This document shows, piece by piece, positions 52,674-64,000 of a DNA stretch of 64,000 nt. The stretch covers positions 3,901,600-3,965,599 of the forward strand of contig CAJINV010000003.1 of NCBI GenBank assembly GCA_905178155.1, written 5' to 3'. Positions within the stretch are counted from its first letter, which is position 1. Every line of letters starts with the position of its first letter. The stretch is from Amoebophrya sp. A120 (Eukaryota; Protista; Dinoflagellata). The notes beneath the pieces are model-generated. The model had not been told where the DNA came from and did no database searches. It worked only from the letters and a program-made list of their open reading frames with translations. A program made the translations under genes and the position numbers.

Positions 52674-55600
52674 ATGTTCGTGATTTCCCCGGAGGAAGCT
52701 GCAGAAGGCGTGGTAGACCAGGTTGTGAATGCGTCGCAGTCGTTTCTGCAACAGCAACATGCGCACCTGGACACCCCTGCCCAAAATCCTGTTTTCTTTT
52801 CTGGTGATGCAGCAGCCCTCACCCCGAATCGTATGGTGGAACCTCATCTGCTCGCAGAAGAATTTTCTTCAGCGTCGACAATGCAGCTGGAGTACCCGCT
52901 TCGCGACCCCTCCGACACGACGCCGGAGGCGATCTGCCTGCGCGTACTTTGGTTTCTGATCATCTTGACGCCACTCCTGTTCACCTGCTTCGTTTCCATT
53001 TTCGCGATCGGATGTCCGGCGTGCTGTTCGTGTTGCTGCTTCAAGGAGTACGTGTTGGAAGAAGACGAGGACTCAGACGAGGACGGGAACGGAAGTTTGG
53101 CCGCCAGCAACCGGCGGGGCGACGTCGCAAAGACGGGCGATACGCTGACGCCGTCGGCCTACTATCGGTTCGAAAACAACCCGAATGCAACGCGGATTCC
53201 GGTGGGCACGATGGCGACACCCCCCGAATCCCAGGCGCTGTTGTCCAAGCCCGCGGCCTCGTCCACGACCCGGGGCTCAAGCCTCGGCAGCACCGCGTCC
53301 AGTACTACAAGTAACCGCATCGTGGCGGGCCCCCAAAGCGGGCACCCAACCTCTGTGACGGCGACGGAAGCGGCGGCCGCGCAAGCGACCGCACGGTTGC
53401 TGCAGCAAACGGCCGGCTTCGAGGACGAGGAGGACGTGGAGGACGAAGCCGACGTGCCCGTCGCGCCCTTCAGCCTGGCCCCGACGATGAAGACCGGGGT
53501 GCGGTTCGAGGGCGAGGCCCGCAGCGAGTCGGCCTTCGTGGAGGAGGGTGGCCCCATCCGGGTCCTCTCGCGGCGGAAACCGGAGGGCGAAACGCTGGAG
53601 ACGAAAACCATGAACTATTCGCTGTTCCAACACACCCCGGCGGAGAACCAGTGCTGCCGGGTCCCGAAGCGGGCCTGTCCGGCGTGTTGCCTGCTCAACC
53701 TCGCCGTGTGGATGCTGGGCGGCTTTTTGGTGTTGTTCGGCGAGTTCATGTTCTGGAAGTGGTACGTGTACGACCCCCATTTTGAGTACAGCGAGGACAC
53801 GAAAATCGTGATCCTGTCTTCCAGCGGCGGGTCGGGCCACGTGGTCGCCGCAAACCGCCTGGTGCAGCTGCTGACCGAGCCGCCGAAGGCCGCCAACGCG
53901 ACGCACGTGGGTCCGGAGGCGGCCCGCGTGCTGCCGCACCTCGCGCCCGGCGCGGAGGAGGGCGGGTGGACCCCGTACAACGGTGGCAAGCGCTACAAGA
54001 ACCTGAAGAAGGAGGAGGTGGAGGTGATCTACGTGATGCCGCCCGAGTGCAAGAAGAACGAGACCACGGGCGAGGACATTGTCACCCCGGAGTGCGCGAA
54101 GCGGTCCTGGCTGCAGATGAACAGCGTGTTCGGGAACATGTACGAACTGATGGCCAACCACCTGATCAGCGACTTCGGGGTGCTGTTATCAAAATGAAAA
54201 ATCCCCCCTCCCATATCGAAACGAAGATTTCTGTTGCTGGATTTGTGTACACAAATCATTTTGCCATGCTAGAAGGCAAAAGAAGCGGACCGTAGTGCTG
54301 GGCGGCGCAAAAAAGCCTTGCATCTTCAGCATGAGAGGAGGCAGCTGGAAATGGGAAACGGCATGACAAATCGGCTCCAATTAAGGCCGCAACTGCGTCT
54401 CTTGGCCTTCTAGCAATACAAGTCGCTCTGTGTACTCACATACAGCATCACAAATACAAATTTCCTTTTCGATATGGGGAGGGGGGATTTTTACTTTTGA
54501 TAGCTGTTTGGCCGCGACGAGTGGGACCGGGCGCAGAAGGAGGGCGACATGGAGACGCTGTTATCAAATGCAAAAATGTCTGGGTCTGGAAGACTGCGAG
54601 ATTTGTCATGCTTGTCTGGGATGACCAAAAAGTTTGTGATGCGTGTCCAAGAAGAGACCCTTTTGCCTGTCATGCGAAAAACGCAACACTAAGAAGCGCA
54701 GATATTTCTCATGCTTGGCTGTGCATTACAGAGCATTCCCTATTCCCAACGCAGCATCACAAGTTTCCAGACCCAGACATTTTTGCATTTGATAGCTGTG
54801 GGCGTTGTACAACGACAAGCCGAAGGCGGACTTCATGTTCGGCTGGGCCTTCCGGTCCAACGCGCGGGCCTACCTGGACAAGCACCCGAACCTGGAGGTG
54901 ATGGTCACCGTGCAGTACCAGGGCACCTACCAGATGTGGGAGGCCGTGCGCGACTTCAACCAGGACCGGCGCGCCGCGGAGGAGGCGGACGTGCGGCGGC
55001 CGTACGACCGCGACGTGCACTTCGTGATCCAGATCTGCGACCCGGCCAACCCCGACAACTTCTTCCTCCCGGCCATCAAGCGGTTCCAGGACTACTCGCC
55101 CCCGTCGGAGCGCAGCTTCTACCACATGGACATGAGTTACGCGGGCGTGCCCTTTTTGGGGATCGCTAACTCCGCGGCCGAGGTGCAGCAGTTCGCGGAC
55201 GGAACGCGCCGCTACTACCATGAGGAGCTGGGCTTCACGGACGCCATCATCGACATGATGCGGTTCATATCAATTGCAGATTTTGATGTCTGGGTCTGGG
55301 AAAGGAAACTTGTGATGCAAGGAAGGGATGAATAGTGAAGTGAGCACACCGTAATGGTGCGCTTCACAGTATGACAAGTTTTTCCGTGGTTCAGAGTTGC
55401 GTACTTACTCCGCATGAAAAGCTGCGTTTTTTCATGACAGACAAGAGGACCTCCTCGCTGGCGCGCAATAGTTCAGAGTCATGCCAGCCTAGCATCACAA
55501 ATCTCGCAATCTCCCAGACCCCGACATATTTGCAGTTCATAGCTCACCGACGGCGTGATCCGCCCGGAGTTCCAGCAGATGGCCAACAAGATCTACCTGG

Positions 55601-57147
55601 GGCAGGTGGACCCGGCGGTCGAGCGGACGAAGGAGCTCCGGTATCAAATGTAAAAATGTCTGGGTCTGGAAACTTGTGATGCTGGGTGGCGTCTCATGAT
55701 GAGGCTACAAATGCTGGCTCAGCATGACAAGTTTCTGAGCTCCTAGGTGTTGCCTATTCTGCATGACAAACTGCGCTTCTGCATCACAGAAAAGCGGAGC
55801 GCTTGGGTAACGTGCATGACAGATTTAAGAATCATGCCAGACAAGCATGACAAACATGAATTCTTCCAGACCCAGACATATTTGCATTTGATATCCGGTT
55901 GAAAAAGCTGAAAAACGTGAATGGGAAGAACATGTTATCCTGTTTAAAAACGTCCCCACGACCTCCCCATAGTTTGTTAAGATCGGAACTCTGCTAGACA
56001 AATCAGCACGCTGTGAGACTGGCCCATGACAAGTTTGGGGACGCAGCATAAGTAGTTCTGCCTAGGTAGCCCAGACGCATCACAGATCCATTTTTCCCTT
56101 ATCCTGATTTGCGCATGACAAGTTACCGAAAACACGATCAAAAAATGCCCGTCATGTTGCGGAGCCGCATGACAGATTTTCTGGGCATGCAGATTTGCAT
56201 TACAACTAATCGGGTCGGAACGTTTTTACTCAGGATGCATGCAGGAAGATCTCGTCGTGCCGAAAGACCAGCACGTGGTGGCCATCATGCTCGGGGGCGT
56301 GGCCGCGATCGCCCCCACGTTGGAGTACGTGGAGCAGTCGGCCACCCGCACCGTGCGAAAAACGCCGGACGGCCAGTACCAGCTGGCGGACATGTGTGAA
56401 ACGAAGACGATCTTCGTCTTTTGCGGAGGGGACCCGGACCTCGTGAAGGCGGTGATGAAGAAGGAGGAGGAACTGAAGAACCGTGCCGGACCGGGACCCG
56501 CGGAGTTTCGCCAGAGCCTGCGCATTTTCGCGCTGGGTCGCCAGGGCGCCGACGTCATCGCCCCCGTCTTTGCCCGTGCCAACACCCTAATTGTTCGCGG
56601 AGGTAAGAAGTTGATGTAGTGTGCAAATTAAGTATTGTATCAGTGTGGATACATATCGATAAGTGTGAAACAAAAGTCAGTGGATGAAGCAGGAGGGCGC
56701 ACTGCTAAGATGGTGGAGGAGTTGCACAATTCTTCAATCAGAATCATATGAAAAGACATTGATCTTGATGTCGATGTGATGTTCATACTTCAACAATTCC
56801 CCACAGGCGGCGTCACTGCGTTCGAAGTGCGTGCGGTTGGGCCGGGGACGGACTTGGTGGTGCACTCCGAGCGGGCGATCAAGCCGCTGAACCACGAGCT
56901 CGGCGTTTGCACCAAGGGGATGCTGTCCCACGAGGCGGGAAATGCGGCGTGGGAGGGGGACGCCATGGGTGGCGTGGTGCTTTCCGACCTCAAGAAGCGG
57001 CTCCGGATTCTGCCCGACCCCAAAAAGGGGTTCATCACCCTCGGACGCGAGCGCAAGGGGTATCCCTGCCTCGCCCCGCAAGACGAACAGTACGTGCTGC
57101 CGTTCGCGAACGTCGGGTACACCAAGTCGCTTGGTTGCGGCCCCTAG
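52674..57147 (+). CDS. Membrane-anchored GT-B glycosyltransferase, GT28 / MGDG-synthase / UgtP-like; five TIR elements plus one GT-AG intron
   Basis: KIVILSSSGGSGHVVAANRL, DGVIRPEF, VAIMLGG, IFVFCGGDPDL, ANTLIVRGGGVTAFE. Continuous only after five excisions and intron 56603-56806. Two hydrophobic segments lie upstream. Confidence 0.75.
54187..54502. mobile_element. TIR introner-like element, family C (316 bp), DR GCTGT
   Basis: Left TATCAAAATGAAAAATCCCCCCTCCCATATCGAAA; right reverse complement TATCAAAAGTAAAAATCCCCCCTCCCCATATCGAAA. GCTGT at 54182-54186 and 54503-54507. Confidence 0.93.
54562..54794. mobile_element. TIR introner-like element, family A (233 bp), DR GCTGT
   Basis: Perfect 30-bp TIR TATCAAATGCAAAAATGTCTGGGTCTGGAA. 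GCTGT at 54557-54561 and 54795-54799. Confidence 0.95.
55268..55541. mobile_element. TIR introner-like element, family A variant (274 bp), DR GTTCA/GCTCA
   Basis: Left TATCAATTGCAGATTTTGATGTCTGGGTCTGGGA; right TCCCAGACCCCGACATATTTGCAGTTCATA. The join gives MR(F/L)TDGVIRPEF. Confidence 0.9.
55642..55893. mobile_element. TIR introner-like element, family A (252 bp), DR TCCGG
   Basis: Left TATCAAATGTAAAAATGTCTGGGTCTGGAA; right TTCCAGACCCAGACATATTTGCATTTGATA. TCCGG at 55637-55641 and 55894-55898. Confidence 0.94.
55936..56237. mobile_element. TIR introner-like element, family B (302 bp), DR CATGT/CATGC
   Basis: Left TATCCTGTTTAAAAACGTCCCCAC; right reverse complement CATCCTGAGTAAAAACGTTCCGAC. 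The join gives GKNM|QEDLVVPK. Confidence 0.88.
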
Positions 57148-58281
57148 TGGATTTTCATCTTCACGTCGTGGTGTTATTATGTCTGAATTGATTCTCTTTC
57201 TGTTTCGGTTTTTTATTTTTACACATCTAAGTACTCAGTTCAACATTCAGATACATGATGTCAGCTTCTGATTTTTTAAGCTTCAAGTTTACACATTGCA
57301 TTTTCTTGTTAATTTTTGCATACAACCATCCAACACTACAGTTTGTTTTTACCACAATGATTCATGGTCCACTCCATCCTTACAGTAGAACTACAAGATC
57401 GCACGTCTGAGGACATGAAGATGCAGTTTACGTCTGTGACCGCATGGATCGATTGCATCCTCATAAACCATGTCTAAACATAATGTTGATCGCAATTATT
57501 GAAATGAGAGTTATATTTCACTCTCCTCGAAAAAGAGCCAGCCAGGGTACGAATTCCCACTTCGTACTAGTACATCTGTCAATGGAATAAAGTGCTTCCG
57601 ATTCGAGTGGATAACGTATTCACACGAGGTAGACAAAATGCAGAAAGGCCAGCGTGTTGCGCTGCACCGAAGGGATAGCCTGCTACCGGCTTCCGCCACT
57701 TATAGTCAGCATTTTTTACATGCGCTGTTCGTTCGATGACATTTGCATTGATTTCTGTAAGAGGATCATTTGATTATGACTTCCACCGATCATCGACTAC
57801 ATCACTAGATTATGGAAAATGTATCGATCTGCAAGTACAGTGATGGAACGAAGACGGAGTCATCATGGGCCTCCGAAACGTTGCCTTGTAAAACAAAACT
57901 TTGCAGGCCTACAGCATCATTTTCTGTAGCTGGTATTCTTTTTTAAGTACTTCTATGAGGAACTTTGTGTCCTTGAGAAATACCATACCGATAATGTCAT
58001 GATTTTGATGTCCGTGTCTCATGTCATAGGTCACATTGTGGTCCTTGCAGCGGTGTGCATCGCGCACACGCGGCTGCAAGCGTAATCGGTTAGTACTAGA
58101 CGGATTGGAAGTCTTTTTTAGTGGCGACGATCTCTTTCCTCATTTTTACACTCCCAGAACATATCAAGTGCCCTTACGTAAGTACTTATTTCTTTTGAGC
58201 CGAACAATTGGAATATCAACAATACGGCAACCTTTTTAACAAGTTATTCGGGGAGGTGACTCGTCAAAGTAATTCGCCAAA

Positions 58282-61200
58282 ATGCCGTTGCGGTTGGACA
58301 TCAAGAAGCGACTCTCTGCCCACAGCGACCGGGTGAAATGCGTGGACTTTCACCCGACCGAGCCGTGGGTGCTCGGCGCTCTGTACAGCGGAAACGTCTA
58401 CATCTGGGACTATTCCACGCAGACTTTGATAAAACAATTCGAGGTGTGCAACAACCTTCCCGTGCGCTGTGCTCGTTTCGTCGCCAGGAAGCAATGGATT
58501 GTATCTAAGATTGCTTTTGTTTTCATTCTTCACGTGGTCCTCTCTATGTTTATGCAGCGAAACGGTCCTCGATGAATCATGGCAGAAGCATGAGGAGCTT
58601 CAGTTGCATGATAGTTTTCATTTTCACTAAAAGCAGCGGCGCTAGACCGAATTCATGCAATTTGTGGCCTCTTCCAGGCTGTAATAGATATAGAAGTGAT
58701 CGTCGTGCGTTTCTTGATGTGATCAAACAACTTTTCACCAGATAACGGCTTCCGACGAAATGATGATCGGAGTGTATAATTACAACTCGTTGGAACGGCT
58801 CAAGAACGTCGAGGCCCACTCCGATTATATCCGGTACATTGCGGTGCACCCGACGTCGCCGTACGTTCTGTCGTGCAGTGATGACATGACGATCAAGCTC
58901 TGGGACTGGGACAGGAAGTGGGACTGTGTCTCTATTTTCGAGGGCCACGCACACTACGTCATGATGGTAAGTAGTACCTAAAGAAAATGTACTTGGGCCT
59001 TGAAACAGCTTTGGAATCCAAAAATGTCATGTGTTGCAGTAGCAAACTTTTCGACATTGATGATAATAATATGCACTTTTTGATGATGAAAATAGGATTC
59101 ATCTTAGTGTCCTTCATTCGTTTTCGTTCACAGAGCTTTCGCTACTTTCAACGATGCAGACACAAAGTAAGGTTGTAAAATTGTGCTAATTTTCAGGTCC
59201 AGTGGAATCCAAAGGATGGGCACATTTTCGCAAGCGCATCGTTGGATCGCACCATCAAAGTTTGGGGGACCACAGGGGGCACGGCGCCACACTTTACCCT
59301 CAGTGGGCACACAAAAGGCATCAATTGCCTGGATTACAGTCCAACGGGAGATAAGCCATACCTCGTCTCTGGGGCTGACGACAAAACTGTCAGGTACTTG
59401 ATGTAGCGCAGCGGCGTATGCTTCTCTGATTACTACTATACATTTGTTATTTTTATGTTTATCTGCGAAGGAACCCACGTCCAGAAGCAGAACAGTTCAA
59501 ACTTGTCCCGGAAACAAACAAACCCGTCAATGGTCTATCTGCAATTGATGCTTTCTCGCAACCCAAAAAAACAGGGTGTGGGACTACCAGACGAAGCAGT
59601 GTGTGCAGGTTTTGAGCGGTCACCAGCACAACGTGGGCACAGTGATGTTCCACCCTACTTTTCCTATCATCTTTAGTGGCTCCGAGGACGGCACGGTCCG
59701 GCTCTGGCACAGCAGCACCTACCGCCTCGAGGCGACGTTAAATTACCTTTTGGAGCGGGCCTGGTCGCTGAACTCGCTGAAGGGCAGTAACAACGTCGCC
59801 ATTGGGTACGACTTGGGCACCATCGTGATCAAGCTCGGCAGCGACCAGCCCGTCGTGTCCATGACCAGCAACGGGAAGATTGTCTGGGCCAAGGGGCACG
59901 AGATCCAGACCGCGAACGTGAAGCTCGCTCAGCAGGAGGATACCAGCGACGGGGAGCGGCTGAATCTCGCCGTGAAAGACATGGGTGCGGCGGAGATCTT
60001 CCCGCAATCCCTGGTGCATAACCCGAACAGCCGGCTGCTTGTCATCGTCGGTGACGGAGAGTACGTCGTCTACACGGCCCAGGCCCTGCGAAACAAGGCT
60101 TTCGGGGCCTGCACGGAGTTCGTCTGGAGTTGGGACGGCAACGCGTACGCGACCAACGACGCGATTGGCAAAATCACCGTCTTCCACGACTTCGTGGAGA
60201 AGTTTTCCTTCAAGCCTCCTTTCCAAGTGGAGGAAATATTCGGCGGCAGGCTACTCGGTATCTATGCAGGAGCTCCTCACTGATTTTCTTTTTCACTGGA
60301 AACAAGTTCAAATGTTGCGCGTCTGTCGGCCTTGCGTAGCGTGGGTTGTTCACACAGACATTGATGCTGGCTCCTCCTCACCGGGGGCAGGGATTTGAGG
60401 ACAAGTGAAATAAATGTGTAAAACTACAAACCGCTCTAGGTATCAAGTCGTCGGAGTACATCTGTTTCTACGACTGGCAGCAATTCAAGTTGATTCGCCG
60501 AATCGACATAGGACCTAAGTTCGTGTACTGGAACGAAGCCGGCACGTACGTCGCCCTGGTCTGCAACGATTCCTCTTTCGTCCTATCCCACAGCAACGAA
60601 GCCATAGCGACGGGCACCGCGGACGAGGATGGTACAGAAACATACAGTCTTCGTCTATAATTAAAAAAACAAGTTCAGATCTTCAGTTTTGCTTCACGCG
60701 GTTGTTGCGGAGAGCCTTTTGTTTTCTTTGAGTTCCGGCCGCAGGAGTGATCGAAATTGAAATGTTGCACAGGTATCGAGGCCGCCTTTGACTTTCACAG
60801 CGAGATCGGTGACAAGATCACGAGCGGCCTCTGGATAGGAGAGACGTTTGTCTACGTAAACGCGGGGCAGCGGCTGCAGATGGTGGTCAGTGGAAGGCAG
60901 GAAAACATCGCGCATTTGGATAAGTCCTACTTCATGCTTGGCTACCTAGCCGAAAACAGTCGGGTGTATTTGCTGGACCGAGACAGAAACGTGATCTCCT
61001 ACAGCATCCCGGCCGCTCTCATCGCGTACCAGAGTTGCATCATCAATAAGGACTTCGACGGCAGCCAGAAATACTTCCTGCAGCTTCCCGAAAGCTACCA
61101 CACCAAGGTCGCAAGGTTTCTGCAGCACCAGGGTTATCCTGAGGAGGCACTGAAGGTAATATCTCTTTGCGGCCATGTTTTTCGATGATAATTAAGTAAG

Positions 61201-63047
61201 CTAATTCGCGACGCCGAACTAGTTGCTGCACCACATGGGAAGGAGCTATTGCTACTCGCCACTTCGTTATTTTTTTCCTGGTTCATCTGAATGATTCGTT
61301 GCAAAGAGAGACGGACGATAGGCATACCTTAAAACAAGACGACCCCGGCCGCTGGATCTTCTTCAGGTTTCCAAAGACCGAGACCACCAGTTGGATTTGG
61401 CCCTGGAACTTGGCAAATTGCACTTCGCCCGCGACGTGATTGCAGCGTCCCAGTTGGAATCCACCAGTACGGAGACCGCCATTAAGGGTAAGTGGAAGTC
61501 ACTCGGGGACACCGCTCTAGAAAACGGCGACTTCGAACTGGCGACCGAATGCTTCCAGAAGAGCAAAGACCTCTCTGCGTTGCTCCTCATCCAGAGTTCC
61601 AGTGGTAAGACATGCTTTTGCTATACTTTTACTTAATTTTTTTCATCAACTTTCGACGCTTTTTTTAGCGTTTCAACTTGATTGATAGAAAGATCACTGT
61701 CACTGTGTCCATTGTAGCTAGAAATTTTCAACTGTCTGTACAATATGTTCATGTTGTAGTTGCCGAAGCGATTTGCGACTCTTTTCGCAAAAGTCGGAAA
61801 GTACGCGCTCCGTTTTCTGTTCTACTTTTTTCTGTAATGTTTTTCTTGATACTACCCTAGGCGACGCGGCTGGGTTGAGAGCAACTGCAGCGGAGGCTCG
61901 GGCAACAGGAAAGGCAAACATTGCCTTTCTTGCCAACATGCTCTTGCAGGATATCGACGCCTGCCTCGAGATTTTCCTGGAGACCAACCGCCTGCCTGAC
62001 GCAGCCTTCTTCGCGCGCACGTACTGCCCCTCGAAAATACCCGAAGTCGTGTCACTCTGGAAAGAAGGTAAAATCTAGTGGTTCCTGGAGGTGTTGACGT
62101 TGAGCCATTGATACTCCTCGCACAGCATTGGTTAATACCCGTCTTTGTGATGCTCTTCTTTTGAATTTAGTTTAGTACATGCCAAAATCAAAATATATCA
62201 TAGCTGCATGCAAGAATCAAATGGATGCAGGTGAAGCTGAGTAAAAAATTCAGGGATCGCAACATGATAGATTGATTCTTGATTTGAAACAACAGACCTG
62301 CGCACGGTAAACGAGAAGCTTTCCGCCTCCATTGCGCACCCGGAGGAGTTTCCCGATCTGTTTCCAGAGTATGCGCACCAGAAAACGGCGGAGCAAATAT
62401 TGCGGAAAGTCCCGTTTTCCACGCTGCCAGCCAGCCAATACACGAGCGTAAAGGAGAAAACGAAAGACATAAACGTCCTGGACCAGATTGCCAAGCAGGG
62501 CGGTGCCACCTTCGCCAAAGCCTGGTCTGAAGACATACTCGGGTTAAAACCCACAACGCCCTCAGCAGCAGCAGCGAAACCGGCTCCGATAACGACGAAC
62601 GGAACGTCCTCCTCTTCATCCACAGCGACAAAGGCAGCTCCCACACCCAAGGCCTCAAAAGATGGAGCTGCACCTACTACAGGAGCACCCGCACCTTCCG
62701 GTACAACTGCAGCGACGCCCACGGCAGCGGCGGCGCGAGTATCCTCCTCAAGCACGACACCTACGGCCGGCGCGGCAACCTCCTCGTCCAAAAACAGCAC
62801 ATCTGGTGGAACAACCGGCGTACTACCGCCAACAACCGCGACGCCGACAAGCGCAGGAGGTGGAACCGCAAGCGCTACCGTCAGTACTACACCGGCACCA
62901 GTAGTTCTAGCAGACACGACGAAACAAGATTTCAAACCGCCTACGCGGGCATCCGGGGATAAGAAGTCGGAATCCCCGAGTACCGACTCAAAGGAGGGGA
63001 GCTACGAGATCATACAAGACAGCGGTGACATGCCAAACGAGCCCTAG
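58282..63047 (+). CDS. COPB2: Coatomer subunit beta' (WD40), multi-exon
   Basis: [73 protein letters not shown]. About nine GT-AG introns. Confidence 0.96.
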
Positions 63048-64000
63048 CGCTTCGACAATCCTTCTCGTCAGTTGTCCGGTTCGAAGCGCACTTGATTTTT
63101 CTCGAGATCGAGTACTAGCAGCTCACCACGCTGATGAAGAAAGATTGGAAAGTAGTTATTTTTGTCGCTCGCGAATTTTATTTCTGCGATTTCCTAGAAA
63201 GAAAATTGGCTCGTGGGCTAATGACGTGTGACGAGTGTCATTTTTCCGAAGCGAGAAACCCTCGTGTCAAAAAAAACACTATACATGAACATGGGTTCTT
63301 GGAAAAAAACGTATTCCTTACGACCCACCCGGAAAAGTGAGAACTAGAAGAAGCATGAACATTCCCCTCTTCATAGGGTTTGTGTAATGTAGCAAAACTG
63401 TGAGAAAACAAAAGCGACATCAAAAACAGAAAAACGACCGTGCCGTCGTGCCGCCTCGCTGTGGCAGAGACTGACTCTTCTACCCGAGCCTTGTTAACAT
63501 GCATTCTTTTTTGTGTAGTCAACCTCTCGCCGAAGATCTGTTTTATGTGCCTCAGTTGATTCACTATGCTACGAATTGAAAGAATAAGAAGCGATCATCC
63601 CACATTCCGTGCTCCGTGCGTGGTCGGAAAAATCATAAGTGCAGCATAAGAGCTTCAATCGAAGGTCCGCGCGATGACAAGTATCTAGGATTTGATCTCA
63701 TTCCTGCTAGGGATCCTCGACATTGTCAACTTGGACGCCACAAAAGAGATCTCAAGTTGTGACGCATCGCTGGGAGAGGTTTCGTCGTGTGAGTGCTTGT
63801 AGTCAATGGTGGTAGGACTAGGATCTTGAACCTAGTAGTTCCTTCAATCGCAGACCGATCTGCAGACTCTTATTTTGTTTATCCCCGCCGTGAAAGGGCG
63901 TTTTATGAGGTCGCTTCTCTTTCGTTTTCGGGGGTTTCATATCCTTTTTTTTGGGTCTTTGACGGCGCGCACGGCTGCGGCAAAAGCTCCGTTAGAAATG

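Noticed and set aside
6577-55893. Recurring peptides CKNVWVWK / LPDPDIF / FQTQTFL / QKCLGLE in many ORFs as a protein motif
   Set aside because: They are translations of the family A TIR in different frames and strands, not a protein domain.
29438-57147. Element-laden genes as pseudogenes
   Set aside because: Apart from the elements and introns, no stops or frameshifts were seen, and catalytic motifs are intact.
57810-57987. Intergenic TATGG..CCATA candidate element
   Set aside because: Only 5 bp of inverted match and a weak 3-bp DR, which is expected by chance.
6356-62935. Long minus-strand ORFs (e.g. 7419..8660, 53277..54161, 62198..62935)
   Set aside because: They are antisense shadows of GC-rich + strand exons and have no recognisable domains.
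1-64000. Dinoflagellate spliced-leader relic or stop-codon reassignment
   Set aside because: No CCGTAGCCATTTTGGCTCAAG match was noticed by eye. Conserved genes read in the standard code and end in TAA, TAG or TGA.

Overview
This is eukaryotic protist genomic DNA read in the standard code. It holds about 13-15 intron-containing genes, all on the + strand: VPS53, a DHHC palmitoyltransferase, a giant TatD-family nuclease, two J-domain proteins, a CFAP97-domain protein, a TauD-like dioxygenase, a GT28/MGDG-synthase-like glycosyltransferase, coatomer beta', an ankyrin protein and several low-complexity hypothetical proteins. The main signal is 19 MITE-like elements of 127-316 bp, read by eye. Nearly all start TAT and end ATA (two end ATG), carry 20-50 bp terminal inverted repeats (TIRs) from at least 6 different TIR families, and are mostly flanked by a 5-bp direct repeat (DR). 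They share a repeated internal motif, TGT(C/G)ATGC. All sit inside apparent coding exons. Removing the element plus one DR copy restores the reading frame and, where the host is recognisable, conserved motifs (TatD HxHxCF, DHHC PaCCT, GT28 RPEF), even though most lack GT-AG ends and one family occurs in both orientations. They therefore look like transposon-derived non-canonical introns (introners). This architecture resembles what has been reported for the parasitic dinoflagellate relative Amoebophrya; that taxon assignment is an inference. No transposase, rRNA, tRNA or CRISPR array was recognised. Coordinates were counted by hand and may be off by a base or two.
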